The notes below the pieces were generated by a model. It was not told the DNA's origin. It worked only from the letters and a program-made list of their open reading frames with translations, and did not search any database. Of a stretch of 64,000 nucleotides of DNA, positions 49,397-61,943 are shown piece after piece. Origin of the DNA: Squalus acanthias (Eukaryota); NCBI GenBank assembly GCA_030390025.1, contig CM059433.1, positions 31,436,001 to 31,500,000 on the forward strand, read 5' to 3'. The first letter of the stretch is position 1. Every line of letters begins with the position of its first letter. The position numbers and the translations under genes were made by a program.

Positions 49397-50105
49397 AAAG
49401 GCAAAAAACTGCAGATGCTGCAAATCTGAAATAGAAAGGAGAACAAACTTGCATTTCTATAGCGCCTTTTAAAATTTCAGGACGTCTCAATGCACTTTAC
49501 AATCAATGAAGTACTTTTTGAAGTGTAGTCACTGTTGCAATCTAGGAAACGCGGCAGCCAATTTGCACACAGCAAGCTCCCACAAACAGCAATGTGATAA
49601 TGACCAGATAGGTGCTGGCTGAGGGATAATTATTGGCCAAGACACTGGAAGAACACCCTTGCTCTTCTTTGAATAATGCCGTGAGATCTTTTACGTCCAC
49701 CTGAGATAGCAGAGTCTATTAAAGTGTAACGCCTCACCATATATTCCATAGATCCCAGGTACTACAATGTTCACATAAAAGGTCCTGGAAGGTGTGAAGA
49801 TGCTAGCTTTTGAGTGAATCTGGGCAATAACATAAAACAGAAATACTCAGCAGGTCAGGCAGTATCTATGGAGAGAGAACCAAAGTTAACGTCTCAGGTC
49901 GATGACCTTTCATGACCTTGATGAACAGATTTTAAGAAAATACAGAACCAGTGAAAAGGGGTGGGGGGCAGGCAGGAAAAAAAAGGGACGTTCTGTGATA
50001 GGGTGAAAGGCAGGAGTGATTAAATGATGAAAGGGATGATGGTGTGAATGAAAAGGTGGTGATAAGGAGAGAAGTAAAGAAAGAAAATGATGGGTCCATA
50101 TGAGG
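49397..50105 (-). mobile_element. Penelope-like terminal repeat interrupted by a DeuSINE (49435-49712)
   Basis: actgcagatgctgcaaatctgaaata | SINE | aatactcagcaggtcaggcagtatctatggagagag...gttaacgtctcaggtcgatgacctttca, homologous in reverse to 48160-48255. Confidence 0.6.
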
Positions 50106-50470
50106 TACACCTATGGTTACAGAAGAATACCAGAAGAGGGAAGCATGGAAAATCTGGCAAAGAGATGGCTCCCATGGCACGGGAATGTGGCAGAGAAAGG
50201 TGGGTAAACCCCAGGGATGCGGACCAGCCCACCGGCTGTGTACCGATAGGGGATCCCCACCCCAAGCACCAGCCCACACCTCCTCCACTCCTGGCAGCTC
50301 TGGTGCAGCCATCTTCCATTATTTTGGCATCAACAGATTAGGACATAGGAAGCCAATGGGGCTTGCAGAGGACGGGGTGTAGGAATGGCCTGCAGCGTTT
50401 TGGGTGAGTTGAAACTTGGAGGTTTGAGGTGTTAAAAAGGTCAAGCCTTGAAGTGATGAACAGATCTCAT

Positions 50471-51385
50471 GAGGGTAATTTTAAACCCCCAAACAGGTGG
50501 GTTTGGATAGGGTGGAAAGTTAAAATGTTAAAAATCTGAAACAGGAACCCAATCCGCCCCGAACCCGCCACTTCCTATTTTGACGGAGGAGGGACAAGGG
50601 GTGGGTGACCAATCCGCATTCAGGAGGCAGGTCTATGTCTATGTCTATGTCTATGTCAGTCGTTGAAACCTTTTCAGAAGGCTGCGCATCTCCATTTTAA
50701 CCCATTTTTCTATTTTTAACCCATGTTGGTTCGGTTTCCCGGGAAACCTGGCAGGTGAAAGGAGGCGAGAAGGGCCAGATCCATCAGGTTTACAGCACTG
50801 CTTGTTGGCCAGGAGAAGCAGGAGTGTTTCCTCCAGACTCAGCAAGCTTACCTGTAAACACCCCATCCACCACCATGATCTCCCCTGCCCCCCCATCACC
50901 AACCCACCCTGATCACCAACGCACCCTGATCTCCAACCCCCTCATCTCCAAACCCCAATCTTCACCAACCCCCCCATTACTGATCTCTCCCGCCCTGATC
51001 TTCCCCGACCACCCCGCGATCTCTGACTCTTCTCCTGCCTCCCCCCCACCTCTACCCCCTGAGCTCTGTCCCCCCTGTAATCTCTGACTCCCGTGTCTCC
51101 TCCCGCGATCTCTGACCTACCTGCGATCTTCCCTGACCAACCACACTCTGCCCACCCCTGCCCCACCCTATCTCTACCCCCAACAACCACAAAACTTACC
51201 TGCTCCTCGGCTGTGGCCTTTTCTGGAGAACGTCCCCTCCCGACAGGCAGCCAAGCCGAGCAATCAGGCTGGCTTCCTGGCAGGAAATTTAAAATAAACG
51301 GATGCTGTGGTGTTAAATCTGCACCGTGTTCTCCCGACCATTACCCCCCACTCCCCGAAACCCTGCCACAGTGAATATCGGGCCC
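50471..51385. mobile_element. Harbinger-type MITE
   Basis: Imperfect TIRs gagggtaattttaaac and gtgaatatcgggccc, TSD CAT/CAT, internal C-rich ccgatct-type repeats. Confidence 0.7.
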
Positions 51386-51810
51386 CATGTGTCTTTCCAC
51401 TCATATAATTCATTATTTTGGAGCCGAGGTATCATTTGAAGCTGTGACAAGTTCTGAGCGTGCCAGGAATTTATAAGAGCAATGTGTAGTACCAAGTATT
51501 GAGCTGTATTTGACAGCAGTAGGGAGCCTCAGTAAGTCCTGGACTTTGACATAAGGTTGCTCTGCATACACTGAACAATGGGAATTACATTCAATGCTTC
51601 CCCCACCCGCCCCGGCACTGAACTTGACTGAGGAAGATGAACAAGAGTAGGAACAGGAACAGGCTGCCAGATGTAATGTTGAAACCAGTCGCAGTGCAAC
51701 CCGCTGGTTGTAGCGTACGAAACACAGCTACCTAGGAGTGAGTGGGAGCAGTGCCTTAGGAGGCACTGGTTTAATGGGGAGACAGTGCCTGAGCTATAAT
51801 GGGCCGGACC

Positions 51811-52550
51811 GTCATAGAAACTTACAGCACAGAAGGAGGCCATTCGGCTCATTATGCTTGTGCTTGCTCTTTGGCAGAGCAGCCATGCTTAGTCCCACAT
51901 CCCTGCTTTTTGTCTGTAACCCTGTAAGTTCCTCATCCTCAGGTACCTGTCCAACTCCCTTTTAAAATTATTTATGGAATCAGCTCCTCCACCTTTTTAA
52001 GGTAGAGCGTTCCAGATCCCGGCAACTCCTGAGTGAAAAAATGTCTCCTAATCTCCCCTCTAGATCTTTTGCCAATGATTTTGAATCTATGACCTCTGGT
52101 TATTGACCCACTCGCCAGAGGGAATAGGTTTTCTCTATCGAAACCTCTCATCATCTTGAAAATCTGTATTAGGTCACCTCTTAACGTTCTCTGTTCCAAG
52201 GAGAACAGTCCAAATTTTTCCAACCTCGCCTCATAACTGAAGTCCCTCATCCCTGGTAGCATCCTGGTAAAGCTCCTCTGTACCCTTTCTAAGGCCTTTA
52301 CATCTTTCCTGAAGTGTGGTGCCCAGAATTGTCCACAATACTTCAGCTGAGGCCTAACCAGTGATTTATAAAGTTCTAACATGATCTCTTTTCTTTTATA
52401 TTCTATTCCTCTATTTATAAACCCAAGTAACCCATATGCTTTTTTAACCACCTTATTAACTTGCCCTGCCACCTTTAAGGATTTGTGTCTATGGACACCA
52501 ATGTCTCTCTGCTCATCTACACTTTTCAAAATAGTGCCATTTATAATATA
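51811..52550 (-). mobile_element. CR1 3' portion
   Basis: ORF 51972-52610 (KKAYGLLGFINRGIEYKRKEIMLELYKSLVRPQLKYC...GLFSLEQRTLRGDLI); catagaaa tail. Confidence 0.9.
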
Positions 52551-54024
52551 GGCCCAGAAATTGATCTCGCTCTGTTCCCGCGGGGGTAAGGAGCAGGCGC
52601 GATCTCTCACTCCGCGTTGGCTTTTTCAGATCCAGCTCGCACGAACTTGATGTTCCAGACATCAGCTGGGCAGTGCTTGCGTATCCCACTGGCGTAGTGA
52701 ATTCGTGCGAGCTGTGGGATCACGTGACTCAGTTAGAGCCAATGGCAGCACACCATCTTCCATTCATAAGTTTCACATACGTGCTGTGAAAGCTATGAAT
52801 CTTACACCCCCCCAAAATAACAGCTAAACCTCAATTAAATTAAAAAAAAAAACATCACATTAATAAAATAAGTATAGTTAAATAAATTAACCATTTTAAA
52901 TAAAAAATTAAATTTTTGAAAAAATTTAAAATCTTTTAAAAAGTTATAAAAATAAACTTACCTGTCTTTAAAGTCTCTAAAAAAGATATACCTGTTAAAA
53001 AAAATTCAAAATAATACTTAATTCACTACTTACCTTGTTAAAAGTGGGTCTTACTCCTCCTTTTTTCATTTCTAAAATCTTCCGTCCTTACCTGCGCGTC
53101 CAAAGCACGAAGTGCACAGCGTGCGCGCAGCCTGTAGCGCGCACGCGATGCACCGAGGAACCGCCCCCTTTTCCAAAGACCAAGTGCCGGTTTTCAGCGC
53201 ATGCGCAGGGCATGCAGAAAACCGGCAATTGGAGAGAGAATACGCGAGAGTACGCAATGCGTACTCTCGCGCAGCGGGATCAATTTTTGGCCCATTCTGT
53301 CTTTTCAGTATTTGCTAGAAAAATAACAATGTGTTAACGACGCACGCCGTTAATAGTGTCAGCCAGCAGGTTCAGGGGATTAGGAGATGCGCTGCGAGTT
53401 GTGAATCTCCAGAACTTGCTGGTTGATTTACGCTGCTCCACAGTTTGCTTCACACAAACAGCATCTCCCCCTCAACCTCCCCGTTATTTGTAAGAAGTTG
53501 CCGGGTTTGCTCAGTAATTGCCCATTAAACTCCCACAGAAAGTTAAGTCTGGTAATTAATCTTTTTAATGACCTGATAATTGTTAATGCAATGACGATCA
53601 ACCTCTCTGGTTCAGAAAGGGAACAATTTAAATTGTTCAGTCTCATTCCTGCATGTAGTCAATTGTTAGAGATTAAAAAAAAATTAAATAATGCAATTTT
53701 TATCTTACTTTTCCTTTGTCTTTTTTTCCTCTTTCCCTCTCTGTATTTCTCTTTCTGTACCTGATTTGACTCTAATTCACCCTATTTTCCTTCTCTGTTG
53801 TTCCTCTGTTTCTTTCTCAATCCCTAAATCTCATTGGTTGAGGAGATAGACTGTTGGTCCCGTCAATCACTAAGGTCCCAGATGTCCCGTGCCCTCGTCG
53901 CGCCATTATCAGCTCGCACTTCCAGAAAGTTACGGCGCAAATATTTTTCGAGTTCAGCAGTGCAGAAAAAAGTCTAACTAGTGGCGCACGCTGCGAGATG
54001 CCCCACTCCAGCAAGATACGGCCC
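52551..54024. mobile_element. Harbinger-type MITE(s), probably composite
   Basis: Left end ggcccagaaattg, right end caagatacggccc; two CpG-rich/AT-rich modules. Confidence 0.55.
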
Positions 54025-54424
54025 ATTACCTCTGACACAAAAACCACAAGCCAACATCTTCAAGCTGGTTGGCAGTGCCAGTCATGGTCAAAGGGCCAAA
54101 AGCTCCATCACTTCTGCCAATGACCAGCAGCAGCAATGTGAGATGACTATATGATCCCCCACTGCAGTGGCTGGCTTTCCACAAGTACAAAGGGACCTGT
54201 CCATATATTGCAGCCCTCAAAAACACAAAAGGGCGGTTTGAATCTCTATCCATCTGGTCTGTGGCCACCAGAATGGAACCATTCAGCTCCTACAATACGT
54301 TTATTTTGCAGCAATAAGCGGTACCAGCCTTATTTGAACAGAAGGGGGTACAAATTGGGTAGCTTAGGGCGCTAATGGGAGGCGCAAATAAACCGAATTT
54401 AGCCCCCAAAGTCTTCTGCAAAAC

Positions 54425-54625
54425 CTTCTTCAGTACTGGCTGATGGCACCCTTGTGCCAGCCATGAGCAGAAGCAGAGCACCGATGCAACGTCCATGCAT
54501 ACCACCAGAATCATTACTGAATGTACCATTGGTACCTTGAAACAGTGCTTCAACTCAGGAGGCTCATTACAGTGCAGCCCTTACATCTCACTGAGAACAT
54601 TGTGATGTCCTGCATGCTCCTTGAC
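54425..54625 (+). pseudogene. Highly decayed Harbinger transposase C-terminal fragment
   Basis: LQYWLMAPLCQP*AEAEHRCN...HTTRIITECTIGTLKQCF..SGGSLQCSP, matching the WLMTPL...[12 protein letters not shown]...SGGALQYAP segment of element A. Confidence 0.7.
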
Positions 54626-55480
54626 CACAGAGGAAGCAGAGCAGAATCTAGAAGGCATTCTAGCACAGAAGGGAGGCAGTAGTAGGGTGTAATTAGCTCT
54701 AAAAAATGCTGGCGAAGCCCGGAAGACTGATGTTCCTGGAACTACTCCAAGATGCAGTTAGCTAAGTGCCTGAGTTGCCCCTTTAATAAACCTATTGTTC
54801 ACATGTATCAAAGCAACTGGTTAAAAAAATCAACAGCAACACTGCAGTACTTCCCCCGCCAGAATCAATAGCCATCTTTTGGTGTTGTGCCACATTATTC
54901 TGCACAATTAGAAATACATCCTTTGCAGAATATATGCAACTAGGGCATAACATTTATTGAATAAATTGAATGACGCATCAATGATGTTGATGCTGGTACT
55001 TCTGCTTTGTATCAATTGTACAGTATCTAACCTATCACGGCTTCCGATTGATTCCTGAATGAAAAGAGTAAGTGTGTTGCTCGGCTACAGACTTGTACAT
55101 ATTTGGAAATGTAAACTATTTGCCTTTGAATCCTGCTTGCATAGATGTTTAATGCAAAAACCTGGAGCTCAAGGCCCTTTGATTTGATTTACTGCCACAT
55201 TTAATTTTAACGCTGGCAGCTTGCAATTCTTACGGAAATAAGTCTTATATTTGATGAACATTCACGCGAGCTGGTTGCCCTTTCATCATAAACACAGTTA
55301 TTAAATATTTTAAAAGAGATAATAATTAGCTCAATTGTGGCTGTCAATTGCATTAGCAATTGACTGCTTCACAAATAATGTATCATGTAGAATGACTGTT
55401 TAACAGGCTGTACACACATAAAGCTACATTGGAAAACAAGCGGACTTGTAGGATTAACCTCTTGGGTACTGCAGAGAACA

Positions 55481-55762
55481 CCATAAAATTTACAGCACAG
55501 AAACAGGCCATTTGACCCAACTGGTCTGTGTCGGTGTTTATAGTCCACACGCGCCTCCTCCCATGGTAATGAACTCTCCCCACCCTGCCCCAGGTATCCC
55601 TCGATTCCTTTCTCCCTCTGGTATGCATCAAGCCTCCCTCTAATTGCATCAATGCTCTCTGTCTCAACCACTCCATGTGGCAGCGAGTTCCACATTTTAA
55701 CCACTCGCTGAGTAAAGAAACTCTTCCTCAATTCTTTATTTGAATTATTAGTGGCTATCTTG
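55481..55762 (-). mobile_element. CR1 3' end fragment
   Basis: ELRKSFFTQRVVKMWNSLPHGVVE plus tail. Confidence 0.85.
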
Positions 55763-56409
55763 TTTTGTGAAATGTGAAAATGGTCCTTGAATGTTGCTGC
55801 AAGAAGGTAGGATATTTGAACCGAGTTTATATTTAATTTTAACTTGCAGATGAGTTTAAATGTCTGGAGATTGCCAGTCCCCAAGGTAGCATCGCTCCTG
55901 GGTTTCTCCACAAATAATGACAAGTCAAGGACTGGCTTAGTTATATGATTTATGAGGTTAGACAAAAATAAAGTAAAACACTCAAAATAGAGATGAGAGT
56001 AGTTTGCTTTTAATATTACAGTAATTGAGCTATTCCTGGTGTAGCTTTAACACTTTAATACTCTTATTAGTGATATTTTCACTGTCGCAGGACTGAAGCT
56101 GCAAACTGTCAAACTCAAAATAAAAGCAGAAATTGCAGGAAGTAAACAGCATGACAGCTAACATCTGTGAAGAGAAAAGACAGTCTGTAACTCTTTGTCA
56201 GATCTGGAAACTAAAAGACAGGCAAGAGCCTTACTGAGGTTGAAAAAAATGGAGAGAGAAAAAAGGGGAGAGGAAGGAAAAGTAGATGCTCAGCGAGAGA
56301 GTTCCTGACACACTAGGGTGACCCAGGTAGAAAGAAGATGTGGAACTCCTCACTTCCCTCAGTCTTCAACTCTTCTAATCTGTAAATATGTACAATTCAA
56401 ACAGGCTGT

Positions 56410-56884
56410 GTCAGCTGTGGCTCAGTTGGTAGCACCCTCGCCTCTGAGTCAGAAGGTTGGAGGTTCAAGTCCCACTCCAAGGGACTTTGAACACATAAAG
56501 CTAGGCTGACACTCCAGAGCAGTGCTGAGGGAGTGCTGTATTGTCAGACGGTGCTGTCTTTCGGAAGAGATGTTAAACCGAGGCACTGTCTGCTCTCTCA
56601 GGTAGATGTAAAAGATCCCATGGCACTATTTTGAAGAAGAGCAGGGGAGTTAGCCCCAGTGTCCTGGCCAATATTTATCTCTTAACCAACATAACAAAAA
56701 CAAATTATCTGGTCATTATCACATTGCTGTTTGTGGGAGTTTGCTGTGCGCAAATTGGCTGCCGCGTTTCCCACATTACAACAATGACTCCACTTCAAAA
56801 AAGTACTTCATTGGCTGTAAAGCACTTTGAGACGTCCAGTGGTCGTTAAAGATGCGATATAAATGCAAGTCTTTCTTTCTTTTC
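56410..56884 (+). mobile_element. DeuSINE, full length
   Basis: Well-preserved A and B boxes (gtggctcagttggtagc; ggttcaagtccc), Deu core and tail. Confidence 0.9.
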
Positions 56885-57668
56885 TACCACTAGAGTTCCC
56901 ACTCTGTCCGCTCACCGGCTTTTCCATTGTAGATACCGCACATGCGCAAAAATTTGAATGGGCCGCGCACTGGGGTGGCAGGCCGCGCAGGAGGCAATGC
57001 AGCTTACCGGGGATAATGCGGTGACCACTACTATCTGATTTACCTTGCTTTCTCTCCTCTCTCTTTTCAATCTTGATGACAGCAGTTTAAGAGTAAAACT
57101 CTCGTCTATCTTGAAACGTCACACAGAGACCCATGATGAATAATAGCAATTTATTATGCATATATATTTGTTTCTTGGAAATTAATGCTTTTTCCGCATC
57201 CCAACATCTGGCATTACTATTTCAAACCATCGAAAATACACAACGTATCACATTAGTTCAAAAATATTACCTGCACCATACAACGTGCCCCTTCTCCTGA
57301 CCCCATCCTTGGCTTCCTATGTAAGGGGGCTGATCAGAGATTGTCTATAAAAAATAGACCCTATCTTCGGGAGTGCAGGCCTCCTCCTTGGACTAGGCCC
57401 TACCATTGGGAGCCATTTTCACCCATCTGGAGGTCAGTACACCTCAACTCACTTGGTGCGGCACCGTCTCCTGATAGCACTGATCCCAGAGATACACAGA
57501 ATCCCAACTGAGCCACAGCAAAGGGGAACCCTCGATGAAGGGTGTCTCCACCCTTGGCTCAGCCCTCCGATGACATTTGGCTGATGGAGGTTCCGCCCCA
57601 CATAAGGCATGTTGGAAACTTCTGGAAACAGCGGAAACCCACCAACAACAGGTCTCTGCCTTTTTCGA

Positions 57669-58105
57669 ATAACAACAACAACTTGTATTTATATAGCGCC
57701 TTTAACGTAGTAAAAGGTCCCAAGGCGCTGCACAGCAGTATTATAAGACAAAAACAAATTTGACACGAGCCACTTAAGGAGAAATTGGGGCAGGTGACCA
57801 AAAGCTTGGTCAAAGAGGTAGGTTTTAAGGAGCGTCTTAAAGGAGGAAAGAGCGTTAGAGAGGCGAAGAGGTTTAGGCAGGGAATTCCAGAGCTTAGGGC
57901 AGAGGCAACAGAAGGCATGGCCGCCAATGGTTGAGTGATTATAATCAGGGATGCTCAAGAGGGCAGAATTAGAGGAGCGCAGATATCTCGGGGGGGGGGG
58001 GGTGTTGAGGCTGAAGGAGATTACAGAGATAGGGAGGGGCGAGGCCATGGAGGGATTTGAAAACAAGGATGAGAATTTTGAAATCGAGGCGCGGCTTAAC
58101 TGGGA
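57669..58105 (-). mobile_element. L2 3' end
   Basis: ORF 57689-58066 (PKLWNSLPKPLRL...FKTLLKTYLFDQAF); (aac)n tail. Confidence 0.9.
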
Positions 58106-58226
58106 GCGCGCCTTAATTTCAAAAAGGGGATAGTGGGGGAGGGGGGGGTGGGGTTTAAGTCTGTCTGTTTCCCCCCAGAGTTAAGGAGAGAGACAGGCAG
58201 AACCCCTGAAGATTTTTGGACACTTA

Positions 58227-58513
58227 GGGCTGGATTTTGTCTTGGGGTCGGGTTGGGGTCGTGTAATCCGCATTTCATGTTTCCCCCCCGACTCCAGATT
58301 AATGTGGATGCCTGATGCAATTTTCACTTAATTGGGCAATTGAGTTGGAGCATGTGGGAACCCATGAACTAATTAGTGTTTTCAGTCTGAAAGTCGCATC
58401 TGATGATGTCATCATTGCTGACTGCCTATTCTCAGAGACTGTTGGTGAGAGAGGACCTGCCTGGCTTTTGATATGAGTGGACCTGGATGCAAAAATGGGG
58501 GTGGGGGTAGGAC

Positions 58514-58554
<41 letters not shown>

Positions 58555-58984
58555 TTGCCAAGCAAGTCCTCCCAGACAGTCTCTGAAGACATTCAATGCA
58601 GCAGCATCAGAGGCGACGTTCAGACCTAATACTACTACCTTCATCACATCTCCGTTGTAATAGTGGACCTGCAGCTGATAGTCAGCTATCCACTTGTGCT
58701 CCCGCCAGGTTTCACTGGAGTGTTTCACACCAGGCGTGCTTCACGTCAGAAGAGGGTTAAACTAGCTACAGCGTTTCAAAATGGCATTACAGAGCCAATT
58801 TAGAGCTTGTTAAGGGCTTTAATGGCCTCTCCCACCTCTTGAAGGCGGGACGGAGTTGGGAACCCCGCGACTGATTCTGTCAAAATTGCGTGGAGTCGGG
58901 ATGGGGTCGGAAACCCCGACCACGCAAATTTAACCCCCCACACGCCTCCAAACCCGACTCCATGGGTCATTCAAAATCCAGCCC
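58227..58984. mobile_element. Harbinger MITE
   Basis: Perfect 13-bp TIR GGGCTGGATTTTG, TSD TTA/TTA, internal (GA)n at 58512-58548. Confidence 0.9.
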
Positions 58985-59066
58985 TTAGTTTCCAGGATAT
59001 CCTGCAGGTAGATTAAACATATTAAAAAACACATCTGTGTTGACACAAATCTGAACACAGCAATTG

Positions 59067-59312
59067 TAGGAATTTCTTTATGCAGAGAGTAGTGAGAATG
59101 TGGAACTCACTGCCACGTGGAGTAGATGAAGCCGATAACATTGATGCTTTTAATCGGAGGCTTGATAACTATATGAGGGAGAAGGGAATAGAGGAATATG
59201 GGGGTACGGTTGGAAGAGGTCATTATAGTGGGAGGAGGCTCGTATGGAGTATAAACACCTGCATAGACCAGTTGGGCCGAATGGCCTGTTTCTGTGCTTT
59301 GATTCTATGTAT
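59067..59312 (+). mobile_element. CR1 3' end fragment
   Basis: ORF 59080 (QRVVRMWNSLPRGVDEADNIDAFNRRLDNYM). Confidence 0.85.
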
Positions 59313-59646
59313 GAGTCATGTCTTCATGGAAACATATATGGCTAGATTATGGTTTTGGATATTATCAGATGAATGCATAACACCTGGCTATCTAATTTAA
59401 TTCATAAATTCCATTTATTTTAGAGGAGTTAAAACCTCCATCAAAATAGCAGATAGCGGAATGCCGCACTTATGCACTCATATGCCAAATAGTAATTTCT
59501 ACGCTGTATCTAGCTCTCCCAATGGCCCAGTTTTTGAATTTAGCGTACAGTGGGAATAGAGCAATATTGTTAAAGAAGGTCCCAGGCTTGATCCTGGTCT
59601 CTGCAAGCTAGCTGGACTCACCAAAAGCAGCAGTAGGGGACACTAT

Positions 59647-61405
59647 GGGCTGGATTTTGCCGGCGTTCAGAGTGTGGGTTTGGAGGTGGGTCCGCTGTCA
59701 AAATAGCTAAGATTGACAGCGGGTAGGAAACCCGCTGTCAACCCGCCTCCACGCGAGTCTCCCAGGTGTCGGGTCTGTCTGCGCAGAACTGACCCGATAC
59801 CAAGCGGTGGGGGAGACAATTTATATCGTTAAATGGCTTGTGAACAGCCAATTTAATGCTATATTGAGCCTACCTTGCAATTTTACATGCTCCCCCACGG
59901 GTTTTCAGCTGTCGGGAACACGACAGCTCACCCTGGCGTGAGTTGAGTTTGTTTTGATTTATCTGATAAGCTGACAGCTGCAGAAGTGGTATAAAGGATG
60001 TCATGTTGCAGATGTTCAATTTCAGAGCTCAGAAACAGTTGGTTATTGCATTTGTAAGATATATAGAGATTTCTTTAGCTTGCAAGTGTTTAGAGCCAAC
60101 TGTATATCCAGTGCCACCTCATCGGAACAACCTCTCTCACCATTGACAGATCGCTTCTGTCATCTCACCTGCAGCTGCAATCTATTCCAGCAACATCGGT
60201 GCCCTTGAAAAATCACACCTTGGTCCTCTGAATCCTTCCACGATCAGCCCCAACACCAACATCACCAGGCACACCAACATCACCAACAACATCACCAACC
60301 TTCTCTGCCATCACCTGATGCTGCACAGGACACAGGGCATCAGCACCCGACCACATTACTGCCCAGGAGGCCAGGGATGGCAACACCATGGCCAGATTTA
60401 CTTCACTTGACTGCCACATAATGCGCCAGGTTGACACCATCCCACACCAGCATCATAAAGCATCCCTATAATGTCCAAGCCATTCCATTCACACTCATCA
60501 CTATAACGGGGGGTACCCTTATGTCTGACAATTCACTGCAACTCACTAAGCCACTTCCAAAGGTGCACACAAATCTATCTAAGAATGCAAACTTTTGAAG
60601 ATAAAGATTTCAATGTTTGACAGCAAATAACCAGAAACTTCACATGAACATTGGCTAAACCACCGAAGTAACTACCCTTGTGTGTTCTTAGTTGGTATGC
60701 TTGCAGTAGGATGAGTGTGAGTGTGAGGGATGGCTAGTGAGATGGGAAGTGATAAAGTAGATAGAGAGGGATGGGTGGAGGTGCAAGGTAAGTTGGTGTG
60801 AGTAAGGATGTGCAGGAGTAGGGTAGGGAAGGCAGAGTGATGGGGATGCGATGAGTGGCACAGCAGGGTGAGTTTGAGTGTAGCATTGCAGTAACGTTTC
60901 ATGATCTACTGAGATCATTGAAAGGTTGACACCATTGCAGCCAGGCACTCCTGACGACATCTCTGCTTGTGCCCTCCTGTGCAATGTGCAACCAGACTGC
61001 GTTGATCTCTTGGGGAGGTCTCTTCCGCCCATGGGAAGGGAAGAGAATCTCCCTGCGTGCTGTGACTCCCTCCATAAGCATATGGAGGGAGTCATGCGTG
61101 AGCCTGGGTGCAGACGTGCACCTTTGTGCAGTGCTTGTCAGTGTTTGCAGCACCTCAATGCTGCAGAACACTGACAGCACAACTGTCAAAATCAATGTGG
61201 ACATGGTCCCTTTAAGGGAACCGGCTGATGACGTGTCATCAAATGACGTCATCAGACCCGCTTCCTGTTAATTGGCCAGGAACCCCGCAGGGTGGGCTTA
61301 ACAAGGCCAATCTATGGAAAATCTTTTTGAGAGAGCAGCTGCAGACGGGAGCGGGACCGAAAACCGCCAACCAGCTCTCCCGCCGCCGTCCCGCCTCCGC
61401 AGGCC
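59647..61405. mobile_element. Internally deleted Harbinger (element C), related to element A in the opposite orientation
   Basis: Left TIR gggctggattttg. Transposase 5' remnant on + (60190-60430). Myb exon 1 on - (ORF 60899-61252: APRLTHDSLHMLMEGVTARREILFPSHGRKRPPQEINAVWLHIAQE...FNDLSRS). Right end lost at the CR1. Confidence 0.85.
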
Positions 61406-61409
61406 TCAT

Positions 61410-61718
61410 CAGCTTTTTGGGGGAGAGAGTTCCAGATTTCCACTACCCTTTGTGTGAAGAAGTACTTCCTGACATCACCCCGAAAGGCCTAGCTCCAATT
61501 TTAAGGTTATGCCCCCTTTTCTGGACTCCCCCACCAGAGAAATAGTTTCTCTCTATCTACCCTATCAAATTCTATAATTGTCTTAAGCACCTCAATTATA
61601 TCATCCCTTAATCTTCTGTACTCAAGGGAATACAAGCCTAGTCTATACAACCATTGCTCACAATTCAACCCTTTTAGATCTGGTATCATTCTGGTGAATC
61701 TGCGCTGCACCCCCTCCA
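61410..61718 (-). mobile_element. CR1 RT C-terminal fragment
   Basis: LEGVQRRFTRMIPDLKGL...LGLYSLEYRRLRDDIIEV. Confidence 0.85.
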
Positions 61719-61943
61719 ATTGCCCATGATTGAATAATCTGCTAATAATTATTGTCTGCAGTCGCACAGTGAAGCATTGGCCAATTGGGTTGGATAACAT
61801 GGGGCACCCGAAAACATGTCAATGCCTCAAAGAGAGGAGAAAATGTAATTTAAGAAAGAATGTATGTGCAGAACAGCGAAAGGAAAAAAAATGATGAGGC
61901 AACCTAAGTGTACATTTGGTCTGAAGAGAAAATATGCTGGTAC

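Larger units (their letters stand above)
1..61943 (-). other. Probable very large intron downstream of the EGF exon
   Basis: I saw no further canonical Cys-rich EGF exon on the minus strand between 1 and 61943. The sequence is dominated by TE relics. Giant introns are typical of EYS. Confidence 0.5.

Noticed and set aside
50860..51180. Regularly spaced short repeats suggestive of CRISPR
   Set aside because: Degenerate C-rich minisatellite inside a MITE in vertebrate DNA; no constant repeat with unique spacers and no cas genes
51593..51731. Hydrophobic frame VAVFRTLQPAGCTATGFNITSGSLFLFLLLFIFLSQ resembling a TM/GPI tail
   Set aside because: It needs a phase-0 upstream donor, but the only supported exon ends in phase 2
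57450..57625. Possible minus-strand exon (tttccAG ... AA|GTGAGT)
   Set aside because: No recognisable domain or EGF Cys pattern in any frame
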